Source of the DNA: an uncultured Acidobacteriota bacterium
GTDB taxonomy: Bacteria; Acidobacteriota; Vicinamibacteria; Vicinamibacterales; CAVVIG01
Length of the DNA: 64,000 bases
NCBI GenBank assembly: GCA_963711505.1
Contig: CAVQEJ010000003.1
Span: 2,131,073 to 2,195,072, forward strand
Reading direction: 5' to 3'
Shown: piece by piece, positions 1 to 10,603 of the stretch
How positions within the stretch are numbered: position 1 is the stretch's first letter
How the letters are laid out: every line of letters begins with the position of its first letter
Translations under genes and position numbers: made by a program
The notes under the pieces: model-generated
Seen by the model: only the letters and a program-made list of their open reading frames with translations
Databases searched by the model: none
What the model was told of the DNA's origin: nothing

Positions 1-837
1 AGGATGTATTCGCGCGACGCGACCGCCCGGGCGGCCAGCACGAGGAACCCGACCCCGAAGACGGCCAGCCACGCCAGGCTGGTGGCGGTCGCCGGCATGC
101 TCCGGAAGAGGTTCTGCAGGGCGGTCAGAGCCGAGTCCTGCGGCATGGCCTGGGGCACCAGCGCCTGGAGGTAGAAGGCCACCGTCAGGTGGCGCAGGTA
201 GCCCGGGATCAGCAGCACGGCCGGCTCCCAGCCGAAGGCGAAGACGAGCCCGATGATGAGGGGACGGTTGAAGAAGGCTCCGACCCAGGCGAACACCGCC
301 CCGTAGACGGCCAGGCCGAGCAGGATCAGGCCGAGATCGGTGACGAAGGTGACGAACGTCGCCGGGATCGACGCCATCGGCACGATCACGAAGTAGATGA
401 TCATGACCGAGGGCAGCGTGACGAGGCCAGCGCAGGCGAGATACGCCAGGTACTTGCCGACCAGCACGGCGCCGCGCGGAATCGGCCGGGTGAACAGGTA
501 GGTGATCGTCCGGTCGTCGACCTCGTCCGCGATGAGCGCCGTGCCGTAGAAGACCCCCAGCAGCGGCACGACGAAGCGGATGAACAGCGTCCAGATGATG
601 AGGCCGAACAACGCCTCGCCGCCCAGCCGGGTGCCGTTCACCTGGACCGGGCCGAGCCGTGTCGCGCTCGAGAGGATGCGGACCGCGGCCGTGAGCACCA
701 CGGGGCCGACCGCCAGGATCAGCAGCAGGATCGTCCGCCGCGACCAGAGCATCTCGCCGAGCGACAGGTCGAAGACCCGGAGCGCCGCCGTCAGGAACGG
801 CGTGCGGACGGCGGGTCGGCGTGGAGGACTGGGCCAT
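1..837 (-). CDS. ABC-2 type transporter permease (3' end outside window; frameshift near 810)
   Basis: Minus-strand frame reads TPFLTAALRVFDLSLGEMLWSRRTILLL...YGTALIADEVDDRTITYLFTRP; hydrophobic; ATG overlaps stop of upstream ATPase. Confidence 0.8.
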   Translation of the reverse strand, partial: MAQSSTPTRRPHAVPDGGAPGLRPVARRDALVAADDPAADPGGRPRGAHGRGPHPLERDTARPGPGERHPAGRRGVVRPHHLDAVHPLRRAAAGGLLRHGAHRGRGRRPDDHLPVHPADSARRRAGRQVPGVSRLRWPRHAALGHDHLLRDRADGVDPGDVRHLRHRSRPDPARPGRLRGGVRLGRSLLQPSPHHRARLRLRLGAGRAADPGLPAPPDGGLLPPGAGAPGHAAGLGSDRPAEPLPEHAGDRHQPGVAGRLRGRVPRAGRPGGRVARIHP

Positions 838-1824
838 CACTTCACCAGGTAGCGGAAGACCGCCTGCAGGTTGTCATCGGGCGACGTCACTTCGGTGATC
901 GGGCCGGCCGCTCCCGACGCGGCCAGCTCGGTCAGCCGGCTGTAGAACAGGTCGGGCTTGGCCGTCTCGACGGTCACGGTCCCCTCGCCGAATCGCAGGC
1001 TCAGCACATCGTCCTCGGCGAGCAGCAGCCGGGCCAGCGCCCGCGGCGACTCCGCCCGGATGGAGACCGAGTGCGGATGCTCGTCGATCAGGTCGCGGAT
1101 CTGGTGCACGTCGCCTTCGGCGAGGATCCGCCCGTGATTGATGAGCAGGATGTTCGAGGTCATCATCTCGACCTCGTGCAGGACGTGACTCGACACGATC
1201 AGGCTGCGGCCGGCCCGGCCGAGGTCGCGGATCAGGTGGATCGCCTTGCGGCGCGCAATCGGATCGAGGCCCGACAGCGGCTCGTCGAGCACGAGCAGGT
1301 CGGGGTCGTGTGCGAGCGCCTGCGCGAACTTCAACCGCTGGCGCATCCCCTTGCTGTAGCCGCCGATCTTCCGGTCGGCCGCCGCCATCAGATCGACCGT
1401 CTCCAGCGCGCGCGAGGCCGCCTCACGGCTCTCCGCCTCGTTCAGGCCGTTGAGCCGCAGCAGCCCGGCCACCCAGTTCAGCCCCGTCATCCGCTCGTAG
1501 AAGGCGTCCTGCTCGGGACAGAACCCGATCCGGCGGAACACCTCGGGACGTCCCCAGATCGGTTCGCCGAGCACGGTCAGCGTCCCCTGACTCGGCCGGA
1601 GCTGGCCCGTCACCAGCTTCAGGAACGTCGACTTCCCCGCGCCGTTCGGCCCGAGCAGACCCGGTGACACCGGTCCCGAGCGTGACGGTGACGTCGTTGA
1701 GCCCGATCACCTGCCCGTACCACTTCGACAGATGCTCGGCACGGACCACCGGGACGGTGGCGTCCGTCGCGGCGCGCCCGGCCTCGTCGGCCGTCGCGGT
1801 GGCGGGCTGCGGCGTCGCGGTCAT
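837..1824 (-). CDS. ABC transporter ATP-binding protein (frameshift near 1660)
   Basis: Walker A GPNGAGKST, signature YSKGMRQR, Walker B LVLDEP; N-terminus MTATPQ...HLSKWYGQVIGL in adjacent frame. Confidence 0.9.
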
Positions 1825-2660
1825 GCCACGACCTCCACCCCGCGCACGCGCCAGGCCAGCGTCGCGAGCGACACGGCGATGAGCACGACGATCATGGCGA
1901 GCGACACGGGCCACGGCGTCTCGTAGTGGGGTCGCAGTCGGAAGATGACGTCGCCCACCTGCGTGAGGTTGGCGGGGTACGACACCCAGGAGATCGTGGA
2001 TCCGCCGGTCACGGCCGACAGCACGCCGTAGAGCGCCTGGCTGAAGAAGATCAGCGCCGTGTAGAGGATGCCGACGAACCGGGCGCTCCTCGACAGCGAC
2101 GAGAGCGCCAGCATGGCGAAGGTCACCATGAGGACCTCGAGGAACGAGAAGATGGTGATCGCCGGGAACAGGTAGAGGTTGTTCCGGAGGAACGTCAGGT
2201 TGCCGGCGAACACCATCTGCACGACGAGCAGCAGGATCGCGGGCACCCAGGTGACGAAGAGCAGCAGGCAGCCCAGGATCGCCGCCTTGCCGGCGACGTA
2301 CTCGGCACGCGTCAGCGGCTTCGACAGGTAGATCTGCAGCGCGTTCGCGCGCCGGTCGGTCGCAATCAGCCCGGAGCCGACCCAGACGGTGACGATGAAG
2401 ACGAAGAAGCTCTGCTGCTCGAGGAACTGGCGGAACGTGTCGGGCTTGGGCGCCAGGAACGCCGCCTGCGGAAAGCTGGCCGCGGCGTAGAACTGCACGG
2501 CGCGCACCAGGAACAGCACCCAGGCCGCGAGCAGCAGCGCGAGGAACGCGCGCCGGCGCAGCAGCGACCGCAGTCCGGCCAGCGCCATGACCGTCCAGGC
2601 CGTGCCGCGCTGCTCGCGCGTCCCGCCGTACCGCCGGTAGCCCTGATCGTGGATGGCCAT
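1821..2660 (-). CDS. ABC-2 type transporter permease
   Basis: MAIHDQGYRRY... multi-TM protein with GLIATDRRANALQIYLSKPLTR motif; lies between two ABC ATPases. Confidence 0.85.
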   Translation of the reverse strand: MAIHDQGYRRYGGTREQRGTAWTVMALAGLRSLLRRRAFLALLLAAWVLFLVRAVQFYAAASFPQAAFLAPKPDTFRQFLEQQSFFVFIVTVWVGSGLIATDRRANALQIYLSKPLTRAEYVAGKAAILGCLLLFVTWVPAILLLVVQMVFAGNLTFLRNNLYLFPAITIFSFLEVLMVTFAMLALSSLSRSARFVGILYTALIFFSQALYGVLSAVTGGSTISWVSYPANLTQVGDVIFRLRPHYETPWPVSLAMIVVLIAVSLATLAWRVRGVEVVA

Positions 2661-2674
2661 CTTCTTGATCTCTG

Positions 2675-3706
2675 TCAGGCGTTCGGGGTTCGGCGCTCGG
2701 CGCTCGGCGCCTGGGGCTCGACGCTCGGCACGTGGTCCCCTGCGCCCGGGCCCGCGGAGGCGGCGTCCCCGCCCCACTCCGCCTCGCCATCGTCCTCGCC
2801 GAGCGCGCGGACGAACACGTCCTCGAGCGTCGGCGTACTCGGGCGCAGGTGACGGACCTGCAGCCCCTCGCGCGCCGCCAGCGCGAACAGGGTCCGCGCC
2901 GTCGCGTCGGGCGGCACGAACACCCGCATGATGTCCTCGTCGGTGGCGCGGCACTGCATCGCTTCGCGATGCAGCACGGCGACGAACTTCTCCATGTCGC
3001 CCTTCACGCGCAGCTCGAAAATCCGTCCACGGCTGCCGCGCAGCTGCTCGATCGCCCCCTCGGTGGCCACCTGCCCCTTGTCGAGCACGACGACGTGGTC
3101 GCAGGTGGCTTCGACGTCGGGCAGCACGTGCGACGACAGGATGAGATTCATCCCCCGGTGATGTGCGAGGTCGTGGATGAGGACCAGCATCTCGTCGCGC
3201 CCCTTCGGGTCCATCCCGTTGGTCGGCTCGTCGAGGAACAGGAGATCGGGGTCGTGGACCAGCGCCTGGGCGAGCTTGATGCGCTGGCGCATGCCGGTCG
3301 AGTAGGTTTCGACGTTGCGGTACCGGGCTTCGCCCAGGCCGACGTACTGCAGCACCTCGTGGGCGCGCTGCATGGCATCGACGCCAGGCAGGCCGGCCAG
3401 CTCGCCGCAGTACGCCACGAAGGTCACCGCGTTCATGCCGGGGATGTAGGCGTCCATCTCCGGCATGTAGCCGATCCGGCCGCGGATCTCGAGCGGCGCC
3501 TCGGTGACGTCGAGGCCGAGCACCTGCATCCGGCCGGCCGACGGCGTCACGAACCCGAGCAGCGCCTTGATGAGCGTGCTCTTGCCGGCCCCGTTCGGTC
3601 CGAGCAGCCCCACGGCCCCCGGACGGAACCCCACCGACACGTCGCGCAGGGCCAGCTTGGAGCCGTAGGCGACGCTCACGCCGTCGAGGCGGACCACCGG
3701 CGTCAT
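2675..3706 (-). CDS. ABC transporter ATP-binding protein
   Basis: GPNGAGKST, YSTGMRQR, LFLDEPTNG, SSH switch. Confidence 0.92.
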   Translation of the reverse strand: MTPVVRLDGVSVAYGSKLALRDVSVGFRPGAVGLLGPNGAGKSTLIKALLGFVTPSAGRMQVLGLDVTEAPLEIRGRIGYMPEMDAYIPGMNAVTFVAYCGELAGLPGVDAMQRAHEVLQYVGLGEARYRNVETYSTGMRQRIKLAQALVHDPDLLFLDEPTNGMDPKGRDEMLVLIHDLAHHRGMNLILSSHVLPDVEATCDHVVVLDKGQVATEGAIEQLRGSRGRIFELRVKGDMEKFVAVLHREAMQCRATDEDIMRVFVPPDATARTLFALAAREGLQVRHLRPSTPTLEDVFVRALGEDDGEAEWGGDAASAGPGAGDHVPSVEPQAPSAERRTPNA

Positions 3707-3791
3707 CGGGACGTCGGCGAGGGTCGGCGGGCTGATCAGCGCTCATGTCACCACCATAGACGGATCCGGACGCACCGGTGTTCGCGGCGGG

Positions 3792-4361
3792 CTACAGCGC
3801 CCCCCGCAGCCCGAGGTCGTCCGCCTTCTCCCGCATGAACGTGATGACGTTGGCGATGTGCTCGTCGAGCGGCAGCCCGAGCTCCTCGGCGCCGAGCCGC
3901 AGGTCCTCGCGGCTGATGGCCCGGGCGAACGCCTTGTCCTTCATCCGCTTCATCACCGACTTGGCTTCCAGATCGAGGACGCTCTTCGACGGGCGGACGA
4001 GCGACGCCGCCGTAATGAAGCCGGCCATCTCGTCGCAGGCGAACAGCGTGTGCTCCAGCCGCGACTGGCGCGACGTGTTGGTGTAGTCGGCGTGCGAGAG
4101 GATCGCGCGGATGACGAACTCCGGATAGCCGTGTTCCCGCAGGATCTCCGCCCCCTTCAACGGATGATCGGGCGGCGTCGGCCAGCGTTCGTAGTCGAAG
4201 TCGTGCAGCAGCGCGACCACGCCCCACACCTCCTCGTCCTCGCCGAACCGGCGCGCGTAACCGCGGACGGCGGCCTCCACGGCCAGCGCATGCTTCCGCA
4301 GGCTCTCGCCCTGCGTGTACTCGGTCAACAGTTGCCAGGCAGCGTCTCGTGTCAGCTCCAT
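3792..4361 (-). CDS. HDIG/HD-domain metal-dependent phosphohydrolase
   Basis: LRKHALAVE...LLHDFDYE...AILSH...LFACDE pattern. Confidence 0.85.
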   Translation of the reverse strand: MELTRDAAWQLLTEYTQGESLRKHALAVEAAVRGYARRFGEDEEVWGVVALLHDFDYERWPTPPDHPLKGAEILREHGYPEFVIRAILSHADYTNTSRQSRLEHTLFACDEMAGFITAASLVRPSKSVLDLEAKSVMKRMKDKAFARAISREDLRLGAEELGLPLDEHIANVITFMREKADDLGLRGAL

Positions 4362-4412
4362 AGGGCGGCATCATACTCCGTCGGACGTTCGCCCGGTCGC
4401 AAACCCTGCCGG

Positions 4413-4454
4413 GCTTCGGCCGCGATCGCCGAAGCGCCGACGCCGCGAAGGCGG
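4413..4454. repeat. REP-like palindrome, family 2 (GCTTCGGC...GCCGAAGC...GCGAAGGCGG)
   Basis: Internal inverted repeat; similar sequence at 41225-41293. Confidence 0.55.
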
Positions 4455-4560
4455 CCCACGTCCGGGCGGAAGCGCCGCGCCCGGCGGCCTCGGCCGCGAG
4501 GACGCGGGACGCGTGATATAACAGGCGCAGCTTCTACGGCGCCCGCACAAGGAGCCCAGC

Positions 4561-6066
4561 ATGGCGGACCACGCGCAACCTTCGGCGTCGGCGACGGCCG
4601 CGACCACGCTCGACACCGAGTTCCACCGCGGACTGGGCCTCTTCGACTCGACGATGGTCGTCGTCGGGTCGATGATCGGCTCGGGCATCTTCATCGTCTC
4701 GTCGGCGATGGCGCGCCAGGTCGGCAGTGCCGGCTGGCTGCTCCTCTCGTGGGTCATCACGGGCGTGCTCACGGTGACCGCCGCGCTCTCCTACGGCGAG
4801 CTGGCGGCCATGATGCCGCGGGCCGGCGGCCAGTACGTCTACCTGCGCGAGGCGTTCTCCCCGCTCTGGGGCTTCCTCTACGGCTGGACGCTGTTCCTGG
4901 TCATCCAGACCGGCACGATCGCGGCGGTGGCCGTCGGCTTCGCCCGCTACCTCGGCGTGCTGGTTCCCTGGATCTCCGACGGGCACTACCTCATTCCCCC
5001 GGTGCACATCACGACCGGGTACGCCCTCTCGCTGTCGACGACGCAATTCGTCGGCCTGCTGCTCATCGCACTGCTGACCTGGACCAACACGCGGGGGCTG
5101 AACTGGGGCCGGATCATCCAGAACGTCTTCACCGTGGCGAAGACCGGCGCGCTGCTCGGTCTGGTGGCCGTCGGCCTGCTGCTCGGCTGGAACGCGACGG
5201 CCGTGCACGCCAACTTCACGCACATGTGGACGGCCAGCGGGGCCGTCCAGATCGTGCCCGGCCTCTCCGCCAGCACGGTCTTCGGGCTGTTCCTCGCCGT
5301 GGGCGTCGCCCAGACGGGCTCGCTGTTCTCGTCGGACGCCTGGAACAACATCACGTTCACGGCCGGCGAGGTGAAGAACCCGCGGCGCAACATCCCGCTG
5401 TCGCTGGCCCTCGGGACGTCGATCGTCATCGGCATCTACCTGCTGGCGAACCTCGCCTACCTCGTCACGCTGTCGCTGCCGCAGATCCAGCACGCCGCCG
5501 ACGACCGCGTGGCGACGGCGGCGCTCGATGCGATCTTCCCCGGCCTGGGCGTCATCATCATGGCGCTCGCCATCATGGTGTCGACCTTCGGCTGCAACAA
5601 CGGGCTCATTCTCGCGGGCGCCCGCGCCTACTACGCCATGGCGCGCGACGGCCTCTTCTTCAAGCGGGCCGGCCAGCTGAACGCCGCGAAGGTGCCGGCA
5701 TGGGGGCTGGTCGTCCAGGGACTCTGGGCGGCGTTCCTCGTGCTGCCGCGCACCTACGACCCGGCAACGAAGGTCTACGGCAACCTGTACAGCGACCTGC
5801 TCGAGTACGTGATCTCGGCCGCCCTCGTCTTCTACATCCTCACCATCTCGGGCATCTTCCGGCTGCGCCGTACCCGGCCCGACATCGAGCGGCCGTACAA
5901 GGCGTTCGGATACCCGCTGGTGCCGCTGCTGTACATCGTGGGCGCCGCCGCCATCCTGTTCGTGCTCTTCGGTTACCGGACGTCGACGACCTGGCCCGGG
6001 CTGGCCATCGTGCTGCTCGGTGTACCGGTGTACTTTCTGTGGAAGCCACGGGGGACCCACACGTAG
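4561..6066 (+). CDS. APC-family amino acid permease
   Basis: GSMIGSGIF TM1 motif, YGELAAMMPRAGGQYVYL, about 12 TM segments, C-terminal RPYKAFGYP. Confidence 0.92.
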   Translation: MADHAQPSASATAATTLDTEFHRGLGLFDSTMVVVGSMIGSGIFIVSSAMARQVGSAGWLLLSWVITGVLTVTAALSYGELAAMMPRAGGQYVYLREAFSPLWGFLYGWTLFLVIQTGTIAAVAVGFARYLGVLVPWISDGHYLIPPVHITTGYALSLSTTQFVGLLLIALLTWTNTRGLNWGRIIQNVFTVAKTGALLGLVAVGLLLGWNATAVHANFTHMWTASGAVQIVPGLSASTVFGLFLAVGVAQTGSLFSSDAWNNITFTAGEVKNPRRNIPLSLALGTSIVIGIYLLANLAYLVTLSLPQIQHAADDRVATAALDAIFPGLGVIIMALAIMVSTFGCNNGLILAGARAYYAMARDGLFFKRAGQLNAAKVPAWGLVVQGLWAAFLVLPRTYDPATKVYGNLYSDLLEYVISAALVFYILTISGIFRLRRTRPDIERPYKAFGYPLVPLLYIVGAAAILFVLFGYRTSTTWPGLAIVLLGVPVYFLWKPRGTHT

Positions 6067-6198
6067 GCGGTAGGCTCTGGGCGGTCGGCGATAGGGATGG
6101 GCTCGGCGCTCGTGTGCTCGCGCCTCGCATCTTTCAAGGTCCAGCCTGAAGCGTTCACTCTGTCCCCTATCGCCTATCGCCTATCGCCCATCGCCTAC
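6063..6198. repeat. Heptamer tandem repeats (TAGGCGG-like ... CCTATCG x4) in inverted arrangement
   Basis: cctatcgcctatcgcctatcgcccatcgcctac at about 6166-6198; complementary degenerate tract at 6063-6097. Confidence 0.7.
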
Positions 6199-6205
6199 GA
6201 GCATC

Positions 6206-6622
6206 ATGATCACCCACACCGACTATCTCTGGTTCAACACGAAGAAGCGGCAGGAGTTCGTCCGGATCACCGACGACGTGCGGAAGATCGTCAAGGCCAG
6301 CGGAGCCCTGGATGGCGTGGCGCTGGTGTCGGCCATGCACATCACGGCCGGCGTGTACGTGAACGACTGGGAGAGCGGGCTCATCGAGGACTTCCAGGTC
6401 TGGCTCGAGAAGCTCGCGCCGTCGGGCCTCGACTACCGGCATCACCAGACCGGCGAAGACAACGCCGACGCCCACCTGAAGCGGACGATCATGGGCCACC
6501 AGGTGCTGGTGCCGATCACCAACGGCGATCTCGATCTCGGGCCGTGGGAGCAGATCTTCTATGCCGAGTTCGACGGACAGCGGCGCAAGCGGGTCATCGT
6601 CAAGGTGATGGGCATCAAGTGA
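6206..6622 (+). CDS. yjbQ: YjbQ/UPF0047 family (secondary thiamine-phosphate synthase-like)
   Basis: [39 protein letters not shown]. Confidence 0.88.
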   Translation: MITHTDYLWFNTKKRQEFVRITDDVRKIVKASGALDGVALVSAMHITAGVYVNDWESGLIEDFQVWLEKLAPSGLDYRHHQTGEDNADAHLKRTIMGHQVLVPITNGDLDLGPWEQIFYAEFDGQRRKRVIVKVMGIK

Positions 6623-7107
6623 GCGACCGCGATGAACGGGCGGGCCGCCGGTACCCCGACCGTCCGATCGTCGGCGTCGGGGCCGTCGCGATCGCCAACG
6701 GCCGTGTCGTGCTCGTCCGCCGCCGCTTCGAACCGCTCGCCGGCCAGTGGAGCCTGCCGGGAGGCGGCCTCGAAGTCGGCGAGACGATCGCAGCCGGCGT
6801 CCGCCGCGAGGTCGGCGAGGAAACCGGCCTCGACGTCGACGTCGGCCCGCTCGTCGAGATCTTCGAGCCGATCCTCCACGACGCCGACGGCCGGATCCGC
6901 CACCATTACGTCATCCTCGACTACCTGTGCCGCGTCCGCCGCGGCACGCCCGCCGCCGGCTCCGACGTGGACGACGTCGTCCTGGCCGACCCGGCCGGGC
7001 TCGCCGCCTACGCGCTCACCGATGCGGCGGCGCGTGTCATCGCCCGGGGCGTGGAGATGGCGAGGGGGATGGGGTGGGGGAATGAAGAATTAAGAATGAA
7101 GAATTGA
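6619..7107 (+). CDS. NUDIX hydrolase
   Basis: Nudix box [27 protein letters not shown] start overlaps yjbQ stop. Confidence 0.9.
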   Translation: MSDRDERAGRRYPDRPIVGVGAVAIANGRVVLVRRRFEPLAGQWSLPGGGLEVGETIAAGVRREVGEETGLDVDVGPLVEIFEPILHDADGRIRHHYVILDYLCRVRRGTPAAGSDVDDVVLADPAGLAAYALTDAAARVIARGVEMARGMGWGNEELRMKN

Positions 7108-7181
7108 GAATTGAGAATTGAGAAAGGCGACTTCCCGCATACGTCCCTTTTCTACATTCTTCAATTCCTAATTCTCAATTC
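7080..7181. repeat. AT-rich heptamer tandem repeats (GAATTGA ... AATTC) in inverted orientation between convergent genes
   Basis: aatgaagaattaagaatgaagaattgagaattgagaattgagaa ... cattcttcaattcctaattctcaattc. Confidence 0.8.
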
Positions 7182-7189
7182 ATCGGCGC

Positions 7190-8305
7190 TCACCCCAGCT
7201 CCAGACTCGCGTCCGCGTTGAGATCCCAGCCGGCGCGGATGCCGGCGTGGAACGCCCGCAGGCCGGCCGCCGCGATCATCGCCGCGTTGTCGGTCGACAG
7301 CGCAATGGTGGGAACGTACACCGGCAGACCGAACGCCTGTCCGCGCGCGGCAGCATCGGCGCGCAGCCGGCTGTTCGCCGACACGCCGCCGGCGATCCCC
7401 ACACTGCGCGCGTGCCAGCGCTCGGCCGCCGCGAACGTCCGATCGAGCAACGCCTCGACGACGACGCGCTGGAAGCTCGCGCAGACGTCGGCCACCTCGG
7501 CGTCCGACAGCGGCCGCCCGGTCGTGGCCTCCGCGGTCCACGGGGTGCCGCGCCGGCCGGCCACCCGCGCCACGTCGCCCGCTCGCCGTCGCTTCACGTG
7601 ACGGAGCACCGCCGTCTTCACGCCGCTGAAACTGAAATCGTACCGGCCCGAATCGAACGGCGCGTTGCGGTCCGCGTGCGTCATCCGCGCGATCGGCAGA
7701 TCCACGGCCCGATCGTCGCCCTGCTTCGCCAGCCGATCGATGACCGGGCCACCCGGGTAGCCGAGGCCCAGCAGCTTGGCCACCTTGTCGTAGGCCTCGC
7801 CCGCGGCGTCGTCGCGGGTCCGGCTGAGCGGCCGGTACCGGCCGGGCGACTCCACCAGGTACAGGTTGGTGTGGCCGCCCGAGACGACGAGCACGACGGC
7901 CGGCAGCGGCAGCGGGCCGTGCTGGAGGAAGAGCGACTCGATGTGTCCGGCGAGGTGGTGGACCGGCACGAGCGGCAGCCCGCGCGACGCGGCCAGCGAC
8001 TTGGCGAACGACACCCCCACGAGCAGCGACCCGACCAGGCCCGGGCCCTGCGTCACCGCGACGGCGTCGAGCTCGTCCAGGCCGACCCCGGCTTCATCGA
8101 GGGCCTTCTCGACCACGCCGCAGATGTCGCGGACGTGCTGGCGGGACGCCAGCTCGGGAACGACGCCACCCCATTCGCGATGGATCGGCACCTGCGACGC
8201 GACCACGGACGAGCGGATCGCCCACGGGCGCGCCGCGTCTTCCGTCTCGGCCACGACGGCTGCCGCCGTCTCGTCGCACGAGGTCTCGATACCCAGGATG
8301 TTCAT
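7190..8305 (-). CDS. tsaD: tRNA N6-adenosine threonylcarbamoyltransferase TsaD
   Basis: ILGIETSCDETA, GGVVPELASRQH, HHLAGH, VSGGHT, DDAAGEAYDK, GGVSAN, DNAAMIA. Confidence 0.97.
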   Translation of the reverse strand: MNILGIETSCDETAAAVVAETEDAARPWAIRSSVVASQVPIHREWGGVVPELASRQHVRDICGVVEKALDEAGVGLDELDAVAVTQGPGLVGSLLVGVSFAKSLAASRGLPLVPVHHLAGHIESLFLQHGPLPLPAVVLVVSGGHTNLYLVESPGRYRPLSRTRDDAAGEAYDKVAKLLGLGYPGGPVIDRLAKQGDDRAVDLPIARMTHADRNAPFDSGRYDFSFSGVKTAVLRHVKRRRAGDVARVAGRRGTPWTAEATTGRPLSDAEVADVCASFQRVVVEALLDRTFAAAERWHARSVGIAGGVSANSRLRADAAARGQAFGLPVYVPTIALSTDNAAMIAAAGLRAFHAGIRAGWDLNADASLELG

Positions 8306-8319
8306 TGTTCAGTTCGCGC

Positions 8320-8509
8320 GGGGCCCCACCCCCACGCGTTGCCGTCGCTCACGCTCCGGATCGTGTTATTGCCGATGTTGCTGCTTGCAGTGGCACCCCG
8401 GCCCCCCGCGCGTTGCCGTCGCTCACGCTCCGGATCGTGTTATTGCCGATGTTGCGCTTGCAGTGGCACCCCGGCCCCCCGCGCGTCGTCGTCGCTCACG
8501 CTCCGGATC
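8320..8509. repeat. Tandem 73-74 bp repeat (about 2.5 copies) with REP-like core
   Basis: CGCGTTGCCGTCGCTCACGCTCCGGATC at 8335, 8409 and (variant) 8482, separated by near-identical GTGTTATTGCCGATGTTGC(T)GCTTGCAGTGGCACCCCGGCCCCCC. Confidence 0.9.
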
Positions 8510-8573
8510 CTGCTACTCACGGCATTGCCGCTTTCACGGGCGGGCCGCACGGTGCCGGGGAACGTCCAGCCGT

Positions 8574-9635
8574 TCAGCGGCTGACGGACAGATCGCCGTG
8601 CACCGCCGCCGGCAAGGTCTCGAGATACGGGGCGCGGAACACGCCCCGCTCGGTGACGATGCCGGCCACCAGGCGGTGCGGGGTGACGTCGAAGGCCGGG
8701 TTGCGGATGTGGGCACCTTCCGGCGTGAGGCGCGTCGATCCGACGTGCGTCACCTCGCGCGCGTTGCGCTCTTCGATGGGAATCTGCGTGCCGTCGGGCG
8801 TCGCCAGGTCGATGGTCGAGGCCGGGGCGGCCACGTAGAAGGGAATGCCGTGTTCGTGGGCCAGCACGGCCACGGTATAGGTGCCGATCTTGTTCGCCAC
8901 GTCGCCGTTGGCGGCGATCCGGTCGGCCCCGACCACGACGAGATCGATCAGCCCCTGGCGCATCAGCGCGCCGGCCATGTTGTCGGTGATGACGGTCGTG
9001 TCGATGCCGTCACGCACCAGCTCCCACGCCGTCAGCCGCGCCCCCTGCAGGAACGGACGCGTTTCGTCGGCGAGCACGGTCACCTGCTTGCCCTGTTCGA
9101 CCGCGCCGCGGATGACCCCCAGTGCGGTGCCGTAGCCCGCGGTGGCGAGCGCGCCGGCGTTGCAGTGGGTCAGGATCCGCGCGCCGTCGGGCACGACCGC
9201 CGCCCCGTGCCGCCCGATCGACCGGCAGCTCTCGACGTCCTCGTCGTGAATCCGCGCCGCCTCGGCGTCCAGCCGATCCTTGATCTGGTCGACTGACTCG
9301 CCGGCGCCCGCCCCATCGGCAAATGTCTTCTTCATCCGGTCGATCGCCCAGAAGAGGTTCACGGCCGTCGGCCGCGTCGCCGCCATCAGCTCGCAGATCT
9401 TGTAGAACTCGCTCGCGAGCTTCTGGGTGCCACTGGCCTTGCTCTTCCGCACGCCGAGCGCAATGCCCAGCGCGGCGGCGACGCCGATGGCCGGTGCCCC
9501 GCGAATGACCATGGTCTTGATGGCGCGTGCCACTTCCTGCGCCGTGCGGCAGCTCACGTAGAGCTCGACGGAGGGCAGCTTGCGCTGGTCGATCATGACG
9601 ATGGTGTCGCCCGTGCGGGAAATGGTCGGCAGCAT
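8574..9635 (-). CDS. mtnA: S-methyl-5-thioribose-1-phosphate isomerase
   Basis: [62 protein letters not shown]. Confidence 0.96.
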   Translation of the reverse strand: MLPTISRTGDTIVMIDQRKLPSVELYVSCRTAQEVARAIKTMVIRGAPAIGVAAALGIALGVRKSKASGTQKLASEFYKICELMAATRPTAVNLFWAIDRMKKTFADGAGAGESVDQIKDRLDAEAARIHDEDVESCRSIGRHGAAVVPDGARILTHCNAGALATAGYGTALGVIRGAVEQGKQVTVLADETRPFLQGARLTAWELVRDGIDTTVITDNMAGALMRQGLIDLVVVGADRIAANGDVANKIGTYTVAVLAHEHGIPFYVAAPASTIDLATPDGTQIPIEERNAREVTHVGSTRLTPEGAHIRNPAFDVTPHRLVAGIVTERGVFRAPYLETLPAAVHGDLSVSR

Positions 9636-9651
9636 GGGTTAAATGATAACA

Positions 9652-9692
9652 GGGGATCGGGATTGGGGATCGGGATTGGGGATTGGGGATTC
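9652..9692. repeat. Heptamer tandem repeat (GGGATTG/GGGATCG)
   Basis: ggggatcgggattggggatcgggattggggattggggattc. Confidence 0.75.
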
Positions 9693-9703
9693 GGACCGGC
9701 CGG

Positions 9704-10603
9704 CTAGGATCCTGCCGGCTCCCCGTCCTCCGGCCGCAACTCCGCAGCCGCGGCCGCCGCGTGCTGCGCCTCTTCGGCGAACCGCGCCAGAATCCGCTCC
9801 AGCACGGTCCCGAAGCGGTCGGCCGCCCGCTGCGCGGCGTCCATCACCTCTTCGTGGGTCAGGCGCTGCCGCCGCACGCCGGCGGCCGCATTCGTGATGC
9901 ACGAGATCCCGAGCAGCTCCATCCCCATCTGGCGCGCCACGATCGCTTCCGGCACGGTCGACATGCCGACCGCGTCGGCGCCGAGCATCCGCAGCGCGCG
10001 GATCTCCGCCGGCGTCTCGTAGCTCGGCCCCGACACGGCCGCATAGATGCCGCGCGGCAGCACCAGCCCGACCTCGCGCCCGGCGGCGGTCGCCAGCTGC
10101 CGGAGGCGTGGCGACCACGCATCGGTCAGATCCGTGAACCGCGGTCCGAAGCGATCATCGTGCGGCCCCGCCAGCGAATTCGCACCGGTCAGGTTCAGAT
10201 GATCGTCGATGATCATCAGCGCCCCCTGCGGATAGCTCGTATTGATGCCGCCGGCCGCATTGGTCAACACGAGGGTCTTCACACCCAGCGCGCCGAGCAC
10301 GCGGACGCCGAAGGTGACCTGCTGCGGATCGGCTCCCTCGTACAGATGCGTCCGCCCCGCCAGCAGGGCGACTCGCGCGCCCCCGCAGGTGCCCACCACG
10401 AGCCGTCCCGCGTGCCCCGGCACCGCGACGGGCGGCCAGTGCGGAATCTCGGCGTACGGCACGACGGTGGCCTCGCCGAGCCGGTCGGCGAACTCACCGA
10501 GTCCCGATCCGAGCACGATGGCGACGTCGGGAAACAGAGAGACGCGGGCACGGATGACGGCGACGGCCGCCATCACCTGATCGTAGAGATCGTGGACGGG
10601 CAT
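9704..10603 (-). CDS. punA: Purine-nucleoside phosphorylase (family 2, trimeric type)
   Basis: IVLGSGLG, GRTHLYEG, LTNAAGGIN, GPSYETPAE, VGMSTVPE; ATG overlaps nupC stop. Confidence 0.93.
   Translation of the reverse strand: MPVHDLYDQVMAAVAVIRARVSLFPDVAIVLGSGLGEFADRLGEATVVPYAEIPHWPPVAVPGHAGRLVVGTCGGARVALLAGRTHLYEGADPQQVTFGVRVLGALGVKTLVLTNAAGGINTSYPQGALMIIDDHLNLTGANSLAGPHDDRFGPRFTDLTDAWSPRLRQLATAAGREVGLVLPRGIYAAVSGPSYETPAEIRALRMLGADAVGMSTVPEAIVARQMGMELLGISCITNAAAGVRRQRLTHEEVMDAAQRAADRFGTVLERILARFAEEAQHAAAAAAELRPEDGEPAGS

Noticed and set aside
8320..8509. Possible mini-CRISPR array
   Set aside because: The two spacers are near-identical, there are only three repeats, and no cas genes are in the window; a tandem/REP duplication fits better.
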